From a virus, in IMG/VR virus record IMGVR_UViG_3300020123_000219, positions 24,199 through 88,198 of that record: a stretch of 64,000 nucleotides of DNA; one strand, given 5' to 3'. The position numbers and the translations under genes were made by a program. Shown here piece by piece: positions 1 to 9,559 of the stretch. Under the pieces are notes generated by a model. The model searched no databases, was not told the DNA's origin, and was given only the letters and a program-made list of their open reading frames with translations. How positions within the stretch are numbered: the first letter of the stretch is position 1; every line of letters starts with the position of its first letter.

Positions 1-141
1 CGCTTCCGGACACGGCGCCTGTTCAGCCGGCTGTTCCAGCCGCCAGCTGCACTGCCAGCGACACCCAGCCTGACGCAGCCCCGGTACCTGTGGGGGCTTG
101 AGGCTACGGTCAGCCCCCGGATCGCCCCCGCTGTCCTGTAC

Positions 142-933
142 GTGCAGCACCACGGAACGGTCAGGGCCGTGCCTGTCTCTGCTTTCTCTGACTTCACCTG
201 GACGTACTCGTCATCGACGCCATATCCCCGGCCGCCGGTAACGCCGTTCAGCGTGCTGTCGCCATCGCTCGGCCTCCCCGCCCTGCCGCTCGCGCAGCCG
301 CACCCGGTGCCCCGGGTCGCGCAGCCGCGACCCGGGGTGATACGGGCGCAGAAGACCGCGCGGCTCACCCCGGACCGGGGCGCCCCGTTCCGGGGCAGCG
401 GCGTGTACATACGGTACGGCGCCAAGGATACCGCGCAGTGCTGCGGGTTCTCCGCCCGGTCGTACCGGGGCGGGGAGGCGCCGGATGACAAGGGGGCGCA
501 TGAGGCCCCGCACCCGGACTGCTCGTGCGGGTTCCACGCCCACCTCCACGGCCCGCGCCTGGACTGCTGCGGGCGGTACGCGTGGCTGCTGGACGTGGAG
601 CTTCACGGCAGGATCATCGAGCACGCGGACGGGTACCGCGCGCAGTGCCAGCGGGTCATTTCCGTGACACCGTCACGGAAATGCTGCGCCTCATCCGGTT
701 GCTTGCTCGATGCCACTGTGTACGCGCTGCGAGACGGGTACATCCTCCCGTGCTGCGTGAGGTGCCTGCAGGCACCCGTGACTGTGTGGCGCCGCCAGGT
801 CCCCATGCCGTGGCAATGGATGTACGGGAGCCAGCCCGATTCCCCGGTCGCTTACACGTACATGACTGCGGTCAGCGCGGACACGGTCCGTGACCTGGTT
901 GCGCCCGCGCTGCTGAAACCCCCGGTGGAATGA
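142..933 (+). CDS. hypothetical Cys/His-rich protein
   Basis: ORF with HEAPHPDCSCGFHA...VELHGRIIEH.DGYRAQ motif resembling actinobacterial/phage hypotheticals; start uncertain. Confidence 0.6.
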   Translation: MQHHGTVRAVPVSAFSDFTWTYSSSTPYPRPPVTPFSVLSPSLGLPALPLAQPHPVPRVAQPRPGVIRAQKTARLTPDRGAPFRGSGVYIRYGAKDTAQCCGFSARSYRGGEAPDDKGAHEAPHPDCSCGFHAHLHGPRLDCCGRYAWLLDVELHGRIIEHADGYRAQCQRVISVTPSRKCCASSGCLLDATVYALRDGYILPCCVRCLQAPVTVWRRQVPMPWQWMYGSQPDSPVAYTYMTAVSADTVRDLVAPALLKPPVE

Positions 934-981
934 GAATGTGCCCCTCCCCCCGGTTCGGGCGGGGGGAGGGGCACATTCTCA
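931..981. terminator. perfect 22-bp inverted repeat between convergent genes
   Basis: tgagaatgtgcccctccccccg-N7-cggggggaggggcacattctca. Confidence 0.7.
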
Positions 982-1011
982 AGGGGAGGGCTACGGGGTT
1001 CACGTCATAGG

Positions 1012-1419
1012 TCAGGGCACATCACCCCCGTTCAGCTTCCGGTGGATCTCGTCCAGCTTCGCGGCGTGGGCCGAGTGCTGGGAGTCCAGTTTCTCGTGCA
1101 GCTTCGCGGTCTCGTTCTTCACGTGAGCCTCGGTGAGCCCGGAGGTGAAGAACGAGATCACCGCACCGAACAGGGGGATGAGGACGAGCAGCACGACCGT
1201 GTTGCACACGTACCCGGCTGTGTTGGTAGGGGGAACGTCCCCGCCGAATGTCTCCGCGTTCGCGAGGATCACGTACAGGCCGTGCCAGAACGGGATGCGT
1301 TCCGCGACCGCGAACCCGGCCGAATCAGCGAGAAGCACCAGCAGGCACACGGCGATCACCTTCACGGCCCGGCGCCTGCCGTCATTATCCGGGAGCAACC
1401 CCACGGCCTGCCTCCTCAT
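1012..1419 (-). CDS. 2-TM ion channel pore protein (KcsA/Ion_trans_2-like), degenerate filter
   Basis: TM1-AER-pore helix FWHGLYVILANAE-TFGGDVPP-TM2 aligns by eye to KcsA ALWWSVETATTVGYGDLYP; coiled-coil C-terminus; ATG at 1419. Confidence 0.7.
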   Translation of the reverse strand: MRRQAVGLLPDNDGRRRAVKVIAVCLLVLLADSAGFAVAERIPFWHGLYVILANAETFGGDVPPTNTAGYVCNTVVLLVLIPLFGAVISFFTSGLTEAHVKNETAKLHEKLDSQHSAHAAKLDEIHRKLNGGDVP

Positions 1420-1486
1420 CAGCCTGCTACCCTCGCTGCATGACCCGTTCACGGAACAGTACGGGTCCGCGCACGCGGGCCTGCAG

Positions 1487-1954
1487 ATGACCGCCACGGC
1501 CCGCCGCACCGTGGACACGCGGGCGCTGGCCGCAGCGATCGACCGGAAGCGCAAGCGTCACCACCTGTCGTGGCGGCAGGCCCTCACGCAGATCACCGGC
1601 TCCCCGTCGGGGTCACTGAGAGCCAGGATGGAAGCCGGGCAGCCCGTGTCCGGCGACATGGTCGGCGCTATCATGATCTGGCTCGGTCACACAGACATGA
1701 AACCCTACCTGCTGCCGTTCACCCGTAACCGTTTCCGCCCGTTACCCTTCGCCACAGGGCAGCCCACGTCCGGGGCCAGCTGGCTGAGTTTCTCGTGGAG
1801 CCGCTGCTCGAACGCCCGCGACGGGTTCGTGGCCGGGTTCCCCGGTGGCGGCCGGAGCTGCACCAGCCCGTCCAGCGTCTGGCAGAGCTTGCGTTCCACG
1901 ATCCTGCCCTGCTGTTCCTGCACCTGCTGCTGGCGGCGCTGCGCAGCCTGGTAG
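1487..1954 (+). CDS. XRE-like HTH DNA-binding protein
   Basis: VDTRALAAAIDRKRKRHHLSWRQALTQITGSPSGSLRARMEAG...AIMIWLG pattern; C-terminal tail overlaps opposite-strand gene. Confidence 0.6.
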   Translation: MTATARRTVDTRALAAAIDRKRKRHHLSWRQALTQITGSPSGSLRARMEAGQPVSGDMVGAIMIWLGHTDMKPYLLPFTRNRFRPLPFATGQPTSGASWLSFSWSRCSNARDGFVAGFPGGGRSCTSPSSVWQSLRSTILPCCSCTCCWRRCAAW

Positions 1955-2124
1955 CTGACGCTGTCCACGATCACGCCGATGACGGCAGCAACCGCGATCA
2001 GCGACGGCAGCAGGAACAAGACGACCAGCGCCCTGCTGACCTGGGGCGACAGCCTGGCGTCGCCCTTGTCGCCCTTCGGCCCCTTCGGTCCCTGCGGCCC
2101 GAGCCTATTCGCTATGCTGCTCAC
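1705..2124 (-). CDS. membrane protein with short collagen-like repeat
   Basis: GPQGPKGPKGDKGD then one TM helix; GTG after GGGGGA RBS. Confidence 0.65.
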   Translation of the reverse strand: MSSIANRLGPQGPKGPKGDKGDARLSPQVSRALVVLFLLPSLIAVAAVIGVIVDSVSYQAAQRRQQQVQEQQGRIVERKLCQTLDGLVQLRPPPGNPATNPSRAFEQRLHEKLSQLAPDVGCPVAKGNGRKRLRVNGSR

Positions 2125-2392
2125 CAGATCCCCCTCGCATAGGTGATGATGGCTGTGACCCATGCTGCTGCGATGACTGCGACAATGAGTCGGCTGCGGA
2201 AGACGGCAAGATCGCCTTCACGTGCTCCGCGATCGACGGCACCGTGAACGCGAGCGCTACCCCGAGGACCCCTTCCCAGTCTGGTCCTGGCGCGAACGTT
2301 TCCTTGAAAACCAGGAATATGCCGGTGCCGGTGAGGACCACATCCCTGATCAGCGCCCATGTGCGCCTGAGCAGCAGTTCCCAGGGCTTCAC
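2105..2392 (-). CDS. 2-TM membrane protein (lysis-cassette/holin-like)
   Basis: Two hydrophobic segments; downstream of tail genes. Confidence 0.6.
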   Translation of the reverse strand: MKPWELLLRRTWALIRDVVLTGTGIFLVFKETFAPGPDWEGVLGVALAFTVPSIAEHVKAILPSSAADSLSQSSQQHGSQPSSPMRGGSGEQHSE

Positions 2393-2576
2393 CGCTCTCC
2401 CCCCCGTATGTGGCGCTTGCCGGTGGCTGGACAGGCAGTTCTGCGGGCTGGTACGTCAGGTAGGGAAGGACCGCCAGGCCGGAGCAGGTGACCATCCCGA
2501 GAACCGGGGCCAGCGAATCCCAGGTGACGGGCTCGCGCGCCGTCAGGGCATGCGCGACGATCGGGAGGAACAGCAT
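2121..2576 (-). CDS. small membrane protein, probable true end near 2389
   Basis: GGGAG RBS and ATG; runs over next gene after a G7 tract. Confidence 0.35.
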   Translation of the reverse strand: MLFLPIVAHALTAREPVTWDSLAPVLGMVTCSGLAVLPYLTYQPAELPVQPPASATYGGESGEALGTAAQAHMGADQGCGPHRHRHIPGFQGNVRARTRLGRGPRGSARVHGAVDRGAREGDLAVFRSRLIVAVIAAAWVTAIITYARGIW

Positions 2577-2586
2577 GCAGGGCTCC

Positions 2587-3117
2587 CTACTGGCTGATGA
2601 GTATGATCCCGAGCTGCGAGTACCGCCCGATGCTGGTCGTGTCCGTCGGCGTGCTCCCAGCCGACGGGGTGGCCTGCACCGTGATGTAGTCCTGGCCCCC
2701 GATCAGGAACACCTGCGCCCACGCGGACGCGCCTCCCGACGTGCCCCCGGCCAGCGTCACCTGGTTCGTGGTGTACGACACCGACCCGTTGACCGTGATG
2801 GCGAGCTGCAGGTTGACGGCGGTGGTGTTGATTGACACGAACGCCTCAGCCTGGTACCAGGCATCGAATGGCGGCGTCCACGAGTTCGCGGGCATCCCGG
2901 TCGCGTTCCACCCGCTGTACGGGTCTTCGAGCACCGCGTCGTACTGCACGGTGTTCACCGACCCGGTCAGGGTCTGGGTGACTGTCTGCTGGGCGCGGAA
3001 CACCACCCCGGCTGTCTGGAATCCTGCCGGCGCGGTGACCCAGCCGGCGAAATCAGCTGGCAGGGGGTTGAGCCCGGCGGTGAACACGGGGATCTCGGGG
3101 GGCTGCAGCAGCGTCAA
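2587..3117 (-). CDS. minor tail protein (C1q-like beta sandwich)
   Basis: FRAQQTVTQTL...YDAVLEDPYSGWN...WTPPFDAWYQ...L.GGQDYITVQ pattern; tail module context. Confidence 0.7.
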   Translation of the reverse strand: MTLLQPPEIPVFTAGLNPLPADFAGWVTAPAGFQTAGVVFRAQQTVTQTLTGSVNTVQYDAVLEDPYSGWNATGMPANSWTPPFDAWYQAEAFVSINTTAVNLQLAITVNGSVSYTTNQVTLAGGTSGGASAWAQVFLIGGQDYITVQATPSAGSTPTDTTSIGRYSQLGIILISQ

Positions 3118-4499
3118 GCGCCCTCCCAGATCGTGATCAGCCGGCAGGAGTAGTTACCCGACCCAAGGAGGGTCGCGCCGAGCCCGCTGGTGTCGTGCTG
3201 GAACCCGGCCAGCGCTATCGCGTCGCCTGCGTTGAGCCTGAGGTACCGGGTGACGGTGCACGCGGTGACCAGTCCCTCGACCGAGGCGGCCGGGTCGGAG
3301 TTGACGGCGGACTGGCCTCCGCCCCACAGCGTGAACGTGGTCCCGGAGTTGTAGTTCGCTGACGTGATGGTGAGCCCTGCCGCCGCGACTGTGGTAGTGG
3401 CGTTGCTGGCGATGGCCACGCACCCGTGCGCGTAGTACAGGCCGCCGACCGGGGCAATCCACCCGTTCGAGTTCGACGCGCTGTAGTTATCCATGGTCGC
3501 CGAGAACAGCTGGATAGGCTGCCCGATCGCCGGCAGGCCGGTGGACGAGCCCAGCGGGATCGGGGAACCGCCCAGGTACTGGCGCTGCATGACCGGCGGG
3601 TACAGCAGGAACGCGGCAGCGTCCCTGACGTTCTTGTTGAAGAACGGCGCGTCAACGGGGACGCTCACCGCCGCCCCCGACGCGTGCGCGTGCGCGGCAG
3701 GCGTGATCGGCACGGTCCCGGACGCTGCCGGGCCGGTCATCACGACGTTCTCAGCGGCCGGGGTGCCGATGTCAAGGCCCAGCGTGGTGCCCTGCCCGCC
3801 GTAGAACGTCATCCCGGTCAGCGACGCGGGCACCATCTGGGTGCCTCCGGCCGCGACCGTGCCGGTCAGGGTGGTGGACGGCGGCGGGAACGCGTCGTTC
3901 GACGGGACAGGCAGCGGCGCGGTGCCGGACAGCGCGCACACCCACCGGCAGGCCAGGCGCGGGAACCTGGACGTGCCGTTCAGCAGCGGCCAGGAGAACG
4001 CTCCCGTGCCGGTCTGGTTCACCGACATCGCGATGAAATCTCCGGAGCCGCCGACCACCCCGGTCACCGCGATCTGGCACAGCCGCGCCCCCGATGCCAC
4101 GGAGAAGCTGCCTGACGTGTTCGGCATCCGCATACCGAACTTCGTGGTCGCCGTGCCGTTCTGCTGCGCCTGCACGCCGACCGCGAACGCCCCCCCGCCG
4201 CCCGTGTAGTTCAGCGGCGCGGTCACCTCGGCCAGGTACCAGCCGGGGAACTGGCCGAAGTACTGGGCGCTGTCGGTGGTCAGGAAATGCCCGCTGACCG
4301 AGTCCGCGACCTCGGTGTCCAGGGTGACTGGCGTGTTCGTGTCGGCGGTGATCACCTGGCTGGTGAGGGTCTGGGCGCCGATGAACATGGGCGGGTGCGA
4401 CAGCAGCTGGATGGTGCCCGCGAAGTCCGCTCGCAGCTGCGGCGCGGTGATCACCTCGGCGGTGGACCAGGTGGACGGCTGCGGCAGGTAAAGCGACAC
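3114..4499 (-). CDS. minor tail protein with two C1q-like domains
   Basis: Internal duplication; WIAPVGGLYY...YLRLNAGDAIAL; coupled overlap with neighbour. Confidence 0.75.
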   Translation of the reverse strand: MSLYLPQPSTWSTAEVITAPQLRADFAGTIQLLSHPPMFIGAQTLTSQVITADTNTPVTLDTEVADSVSGHFLTTDSAQYFGQFPGWYLAEVTAPLNYTGGGGAFAVGVQAQQNGTATTKFGMRMPNTSGSFSVASGARLCQIAVTGVVGGSGDFIAMSVNQTGTGAFSWPLLNGTSRFPRLACRWVCALSGTAPLPVPSNDAFPPPSTTLTGTVAAGGTQMVPASLTGMTFYGGQGTTLGLDIGTPAAENVVMTGPAASGTVPITPAAHAHASGAAVSVPVDAPFFNKNVRDAAAFLLYPPVMQRQYLGGSPIPLGSSTGLPAIGQPIQLFSATMDNYSASNSNGWIAPVGGLYYAHGCVAIASNATTTVAAAGLTITSANYNSGTTFTLWGGGQSAVNSDPAASVEGLVTACTVTRYLRLNAGDAIALAGFQHDTSGLGATLLGSGNYSCRLITIWEGA

Positions 4500-4502
4500 C
4501 GG

Positions 4503-7500
4503 TCACCACGCCAGCGTGTTCAGGCCGTTGAGCAGCCCCAGCGTCGTGCTGCCCAGCTGCAGCGCCGCCGCCTCAGGCGCGTTGTCGATGATGCAGGTCA
4601 CGGACGCTGACACCTCGCCTTTCACCCCGAACGCCCAGCGGCGCTGGGTCTGCGTCACCCGCCCTGTGATGGAGATGACCGGGTTCCCCGCCCCGAACGG
4701 CCTGCGGTTCACCGTCACCAGGTCACCCACCGACACCCCGAGAACGAACCGCCACCGGAACGGGGACGCCTGCGCCGTCACGGTCACGTGGTTGAGCCGC
4801 AGGTCCGGCGCCGCGTACGTGTTCGCGAGCCAGTTCGCGAGGTCGAGCAGACCGGGGCCGTAGTTCAGCGCGACCCTGGTGTCGCCGTTCAGGTAGCCGG
4901 TGGCGAAGTTCGTGACGCAGCCGTACTGCTTCTGCGAGGCGTCGACCAGCGCCGTGTCGGCGGGCACGACATCGTCCTGCGTGTCGAGCTGGGTGAGCTG
5001 GATCTCGTTCTGGATGCGGGTCAGGTCGTAGTCGAACGAGATGTCCGGCTCGTAGTGGAACTCCCCGGCGAAAGATTCCTCTCCTAGCACCCACTGCACT
5101 GCCTGGTTCCAGGCAGCCTGCCTGGAAAGCGACACCAGGTCACCGGTCGGCGCAACGTAGAACATGCCGGGCAGCACGGCCTGCGCGATGTTGCTGACCG
5201 ACTGCGACGTTGGCTCTCCCGGTATGTCCTGGCAGGACACGACCGGGGTGACGTAAATGCCGCCCTGCTTGCCGATGGCCCTGCGGCCCGGCGCGTTGTC
5301 GCCGCCCTGCAGCAGCCGCTCGATCCGGTTCTGCGACGGCTCGCCCGCCAGCCCGGTCAGGCCGGCCTTGTAATGGGTCAGGATTCTCTGCTGCGGGAGC
5401 AGGAACGGGAACACCGCGAGCTGGCCGGTGCTGCCGTTGAAATTCAGGCTGCTGATCCCCGCCGCGTTCGAGGTCCCGTTCAGCCAGATGAACGAGAAGT
5501 CCTGCGGAAGGTGCGGAGATCCCCACGACCCGGACCCGGCCTGCTGGCCGTTCAGGTACACGGTCCACGCGGTCCTGTTGAACGTGATCACGACCTGGGT
5601 CATCGGCGGGGTGCCAGGCGTCAGCGTGTACACCGTCGACCCGATCGTGGTCAGGCTTGCCCCGTTATGCCAGGACATGTGCAGGCCCGCCGACAAGGTG
5701 TCGGCGTAAAAGCCGAAGATCTGCCCGGCCGTGTTCCCCACCGTCATCAGCGACGGCTGCTGGAGGCTGAACGGGCTCTGCATCTGGAACCAGAACTCGA
5801 TGGACACCCCGCCCGCTATCGGCGGGAACGTGCTGGTGGAAGCCACGAGGGTGTACCCGCTGTTCGCGCTGAGCGCGCCGACGTTCGTCAGCTGCCACAT
5901 GCCCTCGCCGACCGTGACCCGGAACGTCGGGTTGATCAGCAGCGTCGACGAGGTCCCGACCAGCGTGGTCGCGGGGGTGCTCCCGAACTGCTGCTGGATT
6001 CCGCCGGCCCCGTATTTCGACTGCGTCACCGTCAGCGGCACGTTGCTGCCCTGCGCGAGGTTCGCTGCCGCTGACGCTCCCTGCGCGTCCGCGCACGGCC
6101 AGTAGTGAGACGGGTTGTCGTGCAGGACCTCGGTGGACATGATCGGCTGCGGCTCGCAGTTCATCGCGAACCACGCGTCGGTGACCGTGGCCTCGGTGAA
6201 ACCCCGGTACGTCTCGTCCCACTGCTGCGGCAGCCGCTCGATGTTCCCCGAGTACGGCAGGTACCACGGGGTGGCCCACGGCGGTCCCAGCGGGTCGGGC
6301 TTCCACTGCCCCGTCACGGTCACGGTCGCGCCGTTCGCGGCGGTCCACGGCACCGCCGGGGGAAGCAGCAGCCAGCCGGGCACGGACGGGTACGGCGCGG
6401 ACGCAGCCCGGAACGCGGCGTTGACCGGCGGTATCCCGTTGGCCTGGACCGTGATCACCGCCTGCACCGTGCCTGACGGGGCGATGCCGGTGACGATCGC
6501 CAGCGTCGCAAGGGGGCTGGTCACCGGAGCGGACGCCGCTGTCCCGAGCGGGGTGCCGCTCCCGTTCTGGAACGTGATCACCAGCGACACTCCCGCTGCC
6601 CACGGCACCGAGCACGCGAGCCACGCCGGGAACGAGTACGTGGCCCCGGCGGTCGCTGGGATGGTCACCGATCCCTGCGCCTGAGGGTTCGCCGTGAAGC
6701 CGTTCCCGGTGAACGACACCTGCCACGACCCGCCGGTCCACGCGGTCCGCAGCCGTACCGGGGTGCCCGCGTTGATGCCGGCCAGCGACCCGGACCCGGG
6801 CGGCAGGAACGACCCGGTCGGGTTGTCGAACAGCAGCGTTCCCTCGCCCGTGGACAGCTGCGCCGTCTCGTACTGCCTGCCCTGCGTGATCTCCAGCGCC
6901 ATCGACGCGGTCGTCACCGGCACCCACGTCATGTTGTCGGGCATCGTCTGGAACCCGGAGCCGGGCGCCATCTCGAAGTACGTCACCGGCCAGTTCGACA
7001 GCGGCCTGGCCGGCGCGGCTGCCGCGCACAGCATCCCCCCGAGCCCGACCGCGAAGTTCACCGTGCCCGTCGAGTTCCACGTCGCCGAGCACGCCGTCGT
7101 GGTGTACTGCCATGCGGCCGAGCACTGGATGTCAGCGGAGTCGTCCACGCCGTTGCTGCCGGTCACGGTCGCCACCGGGGACCACAGGCCGCCGGGCGCG
7201 AGGGTGACCGTGTCGGTCAGGTTGTCCGACGCGGCCACGGTGACCGCGAACTGCTGGCTCACCGGGGCGGGCAGGCTCCCTGTGATGGCGGTGACTGAGT
7301 TCCCGAAGCCCGTGGCTGCCATGGTGTTCACCCACGGAGCCATGTTGGCCACGTTCCAGATGATCGCCGCGAATGCGGTGGTGTAGCTGTTCGGGGCCAC
7401 GAACACCGTGGTCTGCGGCGGCAGCCCGGAGTCTTTCGGCGGCGCGGTAACCCTGGCAGCCGGGGCACGCCACACGGAGCACCGGACCAGGCCCTGGTCC

Positions 7501-7820
7501 GAGGACATCGACGAGCCTGCGTCGCACGGCTCCCACCAGTTATGGGCGTCGTCAGCGACCGTGAACACCGGGGCGTCGTACCCGGGCGGGCACCGCCACG
7601 TGATCACCGCGACCATCCAGTCCCCGGGGGTGTTCGCGCACTTGATCGCCAGCGACGCCGTGCCCGGCAGCGGCGACCCGGTCACGGGCGTGGCGAACAC
7701 CTGCGACCCGGACCCGATGACCGTCGCCCCGATCGGGGCGGGCGGCACGGGACCGGGAAGCGGCGGCCCGGTGTCAGGCAGCAGCCCCGGCAGCGGGCCT
7801 GGGAGGAGCGGAAGCGCCAC
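4503..7820 (-). CDS. large minor tail/baseplate protein with LamG-like domain
   Basis: 1105 aa; VLHDNPSHYWP...SIEFWFQ...VYLNGQ...ILTHY LamG-like signature; ITQGRQYET tail motif. Confidence 0.8.
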   Translation of the reverse strand: MALPLLPGPLPGLLPDTGPPLPGPVPPAPIGATVIGSGSQVFATPVTGSPLPGTASLAIKCANTPGDWMVAVITWRCPPGYDAPVFTVADDAHNWWEPCDAGSSMSSDQGLVRCSVWRAPAARVTAPPKDSGLPPQTTVFVAPNSYTTAFAAIIWNVANMAPWVNTMAATGFGNSVTAITGSLPAPVSQQFAVTVAASDNLTDTVTLAPGGLWSPVATVTGSNGVDDSADIQCSAAWQYTTTACSATWNSTGTVNFAVGLGGMLCAAAAPARPLSNWPVTYFEMAPGSGFQTMPDNMTWVPVTTASMALEITQGRQYETAQLSTGEGTLLFDNPTGSFLPPGSGSLAGINAGTPVRLRTAWTGGSWQVSFTGNGFTANPQAQGSVTIPATAGATYSFPAWLACSVPWAAGVSLVITFQNGSGTPLGTAASAPVTSPLATLAIVTGIAPSGTVQAVITVQANGIPPVNAAFRAASAPYPSVPGWLLLPPAVPWTAANGATVTVTGQWKPDPLGPPWATPWYLPYSGNIERLPQQWDETYRGFTEATVTDAWFAMNCEPQPIMSTEVLHDNPSHYWPCADAQGASAAANLAQGSNVPLTVTQSKYGAGGIQQQFGSTPATTLVGTSSTLLINPTFRVTVGEGMWQLTNVGALSANSGYTLVASTSTFPPIAGGVSIEFWFQMQSPFSLQQPSLMTVGNTAGQIFGFYADTLSAGLHMSWHNGASLTTIGSTVYTLTPGTPPMTQVVITFNRTAWTVYLNGQQAGSGSWGSPHLPQDFSFIWLNGTSNAAGISSLNFNGSTGQLAVFPFLLPQQRILTHYKAGLTGLAGEPSQNRIERLLQGGDNAPGRRAIGKQGGIYVTPVVSCQDIPGEPTSQSVSNIAQAVLPGMFYVAPTGDLVSLSRQAAWNQAVQWVLGEESFAGEFHYEPDISFDYDLTRIQNEIQLTQLDTQDDVVPADTALVDASQKQYGCVTNFATGYLNGDTRVALNYGPGLLDLANWLANTYAAPDLRLNHVTVTAQASPFRWRFVLGVSVGDLVTVNRRPFGAGNPVISITGRVTQTQRRWAFGVKGEVSASVTCIIDNAPEAAALQLGSTTLGLLNGLNTLAW

Positions 7821-7828
7821 CGGCTACC

Positions 7829-9559
7829 TCACGGGTTGTTGATCTGCCAGTAGAACGCGGAGTTGTCGCCGCCGTTCGACGACGACACGACGAAACTCGT
7901 GCCCGCGTTCCGCGCCCCCACGTGCAGGAACCCGGGCGTCCCGGAGGTCACGCCGGCGGTCACCAGGATCACGCTGGACGAGGTCACCGACGTGCACGCC
8001 ACCGTGGCCACCCCTGACGACAGCGAAGCCGTGCCGTACCTCGGTCCCTGCACCGTCGGCGCGCTCGTCGACCCGGACGCGGCGAGCACGGTCAGGTCGT
8101 ACAGGGTGGCCGCCGTCGTCCCGTCGTCGATGATCGCAGAGTTGAACCCCTGGATGTAGGTCGCGCCCCCTACCTGCACGAACGTCTTGTTCGTGTTGTT
8201 ACTCGACAAGATCATCCCGACCTGCGGGGAAGTTACCCCCGAGCCGTCGTCATCGACCCCGGGCCACACCTGGCAGCCGGAGATCTGCAGCGCGTTCGGG
8301 AACGCCGTGCAGAAGATCCCGGAGAGAACCCCGCCTCCGGCGTTGCCGTTCCTGCCGTCGCGGCGGAACGCGCACCCGGACAGGATGACCGGCGCGGCAG
8401 AGTTGTTGTTCGACGAGATGTAGAACCCGTACCCCTCGTTCCGGTCCGTCGAGCAGCCGATGAACCGGCAGCCACCCGACCCGGTCGAGGACGACGTGGC
8501 GGTGAACGTGTACCCGTTCCCCACCCCCGCCGTGCCGTTGTGCTCGCTGCGGCACCCGATGAACACGCCGCTCGACGCGTTCGTGATCTGCCACCCGTCC
8601 CCCGCGCAGCCCTCGACCAGGCAGTCGATGTACGTCGAGTCGGAGATCTTCGGGTGCAGGATGCCGACCGAGTTGCCGTGCAGGACGTTGCAGCGGAACA
8701 TGTGCACGGCGTCCTGCCCGTTCCCGGCGAGGTCGTTCACGAAGTTCACGCCCGCCCCGCGCGGGAACTCGATCAGGACGTGCTCCACGCGGGGCCGCGA
8801 GATACCGCCGTAGAACTGGATGCCGTCCGCTGACCCGGTAGTCAGCAGCGAGCAGTCGATCGCGAAGTCGTACAGCTTCTGCTCGTCGGCCACGTTGGCG
8901 TACCCGCCCGTGAACTGGCCTTGCACCACGATGATCGCGTTCGCCGGGGCGGTGCCCTGCGCCCACGTCGCCGACGGCTGGATGATGCTGCCCCACCGGC
9001 CCACCGACGGCTTGGCGACCTCGTTGGAATGATCCCCGATCAGCACCGCGCCCGGCGGGACGAGGATCGGGGACGTGGTCTTGTAGATCCCGGCCGGAAG
9101 GTACACCGGCTGTCCCGGGGCGTTGTTGTACGCGTCGGTCAGCGCGTTGTTGATCGCCGTGGTGGAGTCGACCACCCCGGTCGGGTCCGCGCCGTACGCG
9201 GGCTGCACCACGTTGACCCAGTCGGTCTTGTACAGGTCCCGCCCGGCAGCGCCGTGCGCGATCGTCACCCCCGCGCTGTGCGCCGGGGCCGCTGACCCGT
9301 CATCACCCCGGATGCTGTTGCTGTAGGTGAACGGCCCGGTCCCGGTCGCCGCCTGGGTGACCGTGATGACCTCGGAGTTCGTGGTACCGGGCTCGACGAC
9401 CAGCGTGAACGGGAACCTGGCGTTCCCCTGCACGCCCGGGTTCCCGGTGATCGAGTTCACCTGCACGGTCCCCGTCGTGCCGGGTGACACCGACCCGAGC
9501 GGCGCGGCCAGCGTCGTCAGCGCCGCGTCCGAAGAGTAGTACCACCTGGTCTGCGCCAT
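7829..9559 (-). CDS. tail spike with right-handed beta-helix (pectate-lyase-like depolymerase)
   Basis: YGADPTGVVDSTTAINNAL...VYLPAGIYK motif and beta-helix repeats; ATG at 9559. Confidence 0.8.
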   Translation of the reverse strand: MAQTRWYYSSDAALTTLAAPLGSVSPGTTGTVQVNSITGNPGVQGNARFPFTLVVEPGTTNSEVITVTQAATGTGPFTYSNSIRGDDGSAAPAHSAGVTIAHGAAGRDLYKTDWVNVVQPAYGADPTGVVDSTTAINNALTDAYNNAPGQPVYLPAGIYKTTSPILVPPGAVLIGDHSNEVAKPSVGRWGSIIQPSATWAQGTAPANAIIVVQGQFTGGYANVADEQKLYDFAIDCSLLTTGSADGIQFYGGISRPRVEHVLIEFPRGAGVNFVNDLAGNGQDAVHMFRCNVLHGNSVGILHPKISDSTYIDCLVEGCAGDGWQITNASSGVFIGCRSEHNGTAGVGNGYTFTATSSSTGSGGCRFIGCSTDRNEGYGFYISSNNNSAAPVILSGCAFRRDGRNGNAGGGVLSGIFCTAFPNALQISGCQVWPGVDDDGSGVTSPQVGMILSSNNTNKTFVQVGGATYIQGFNSAIIDDGTTAATLYDLTVLAASGSTSAPTVQGPRYGTASLSSGVATVACTSVTSSSVILVTAGVTSGTPGFLHVGARNAGTSFVVSSSNGGDNSAFYWQINNP

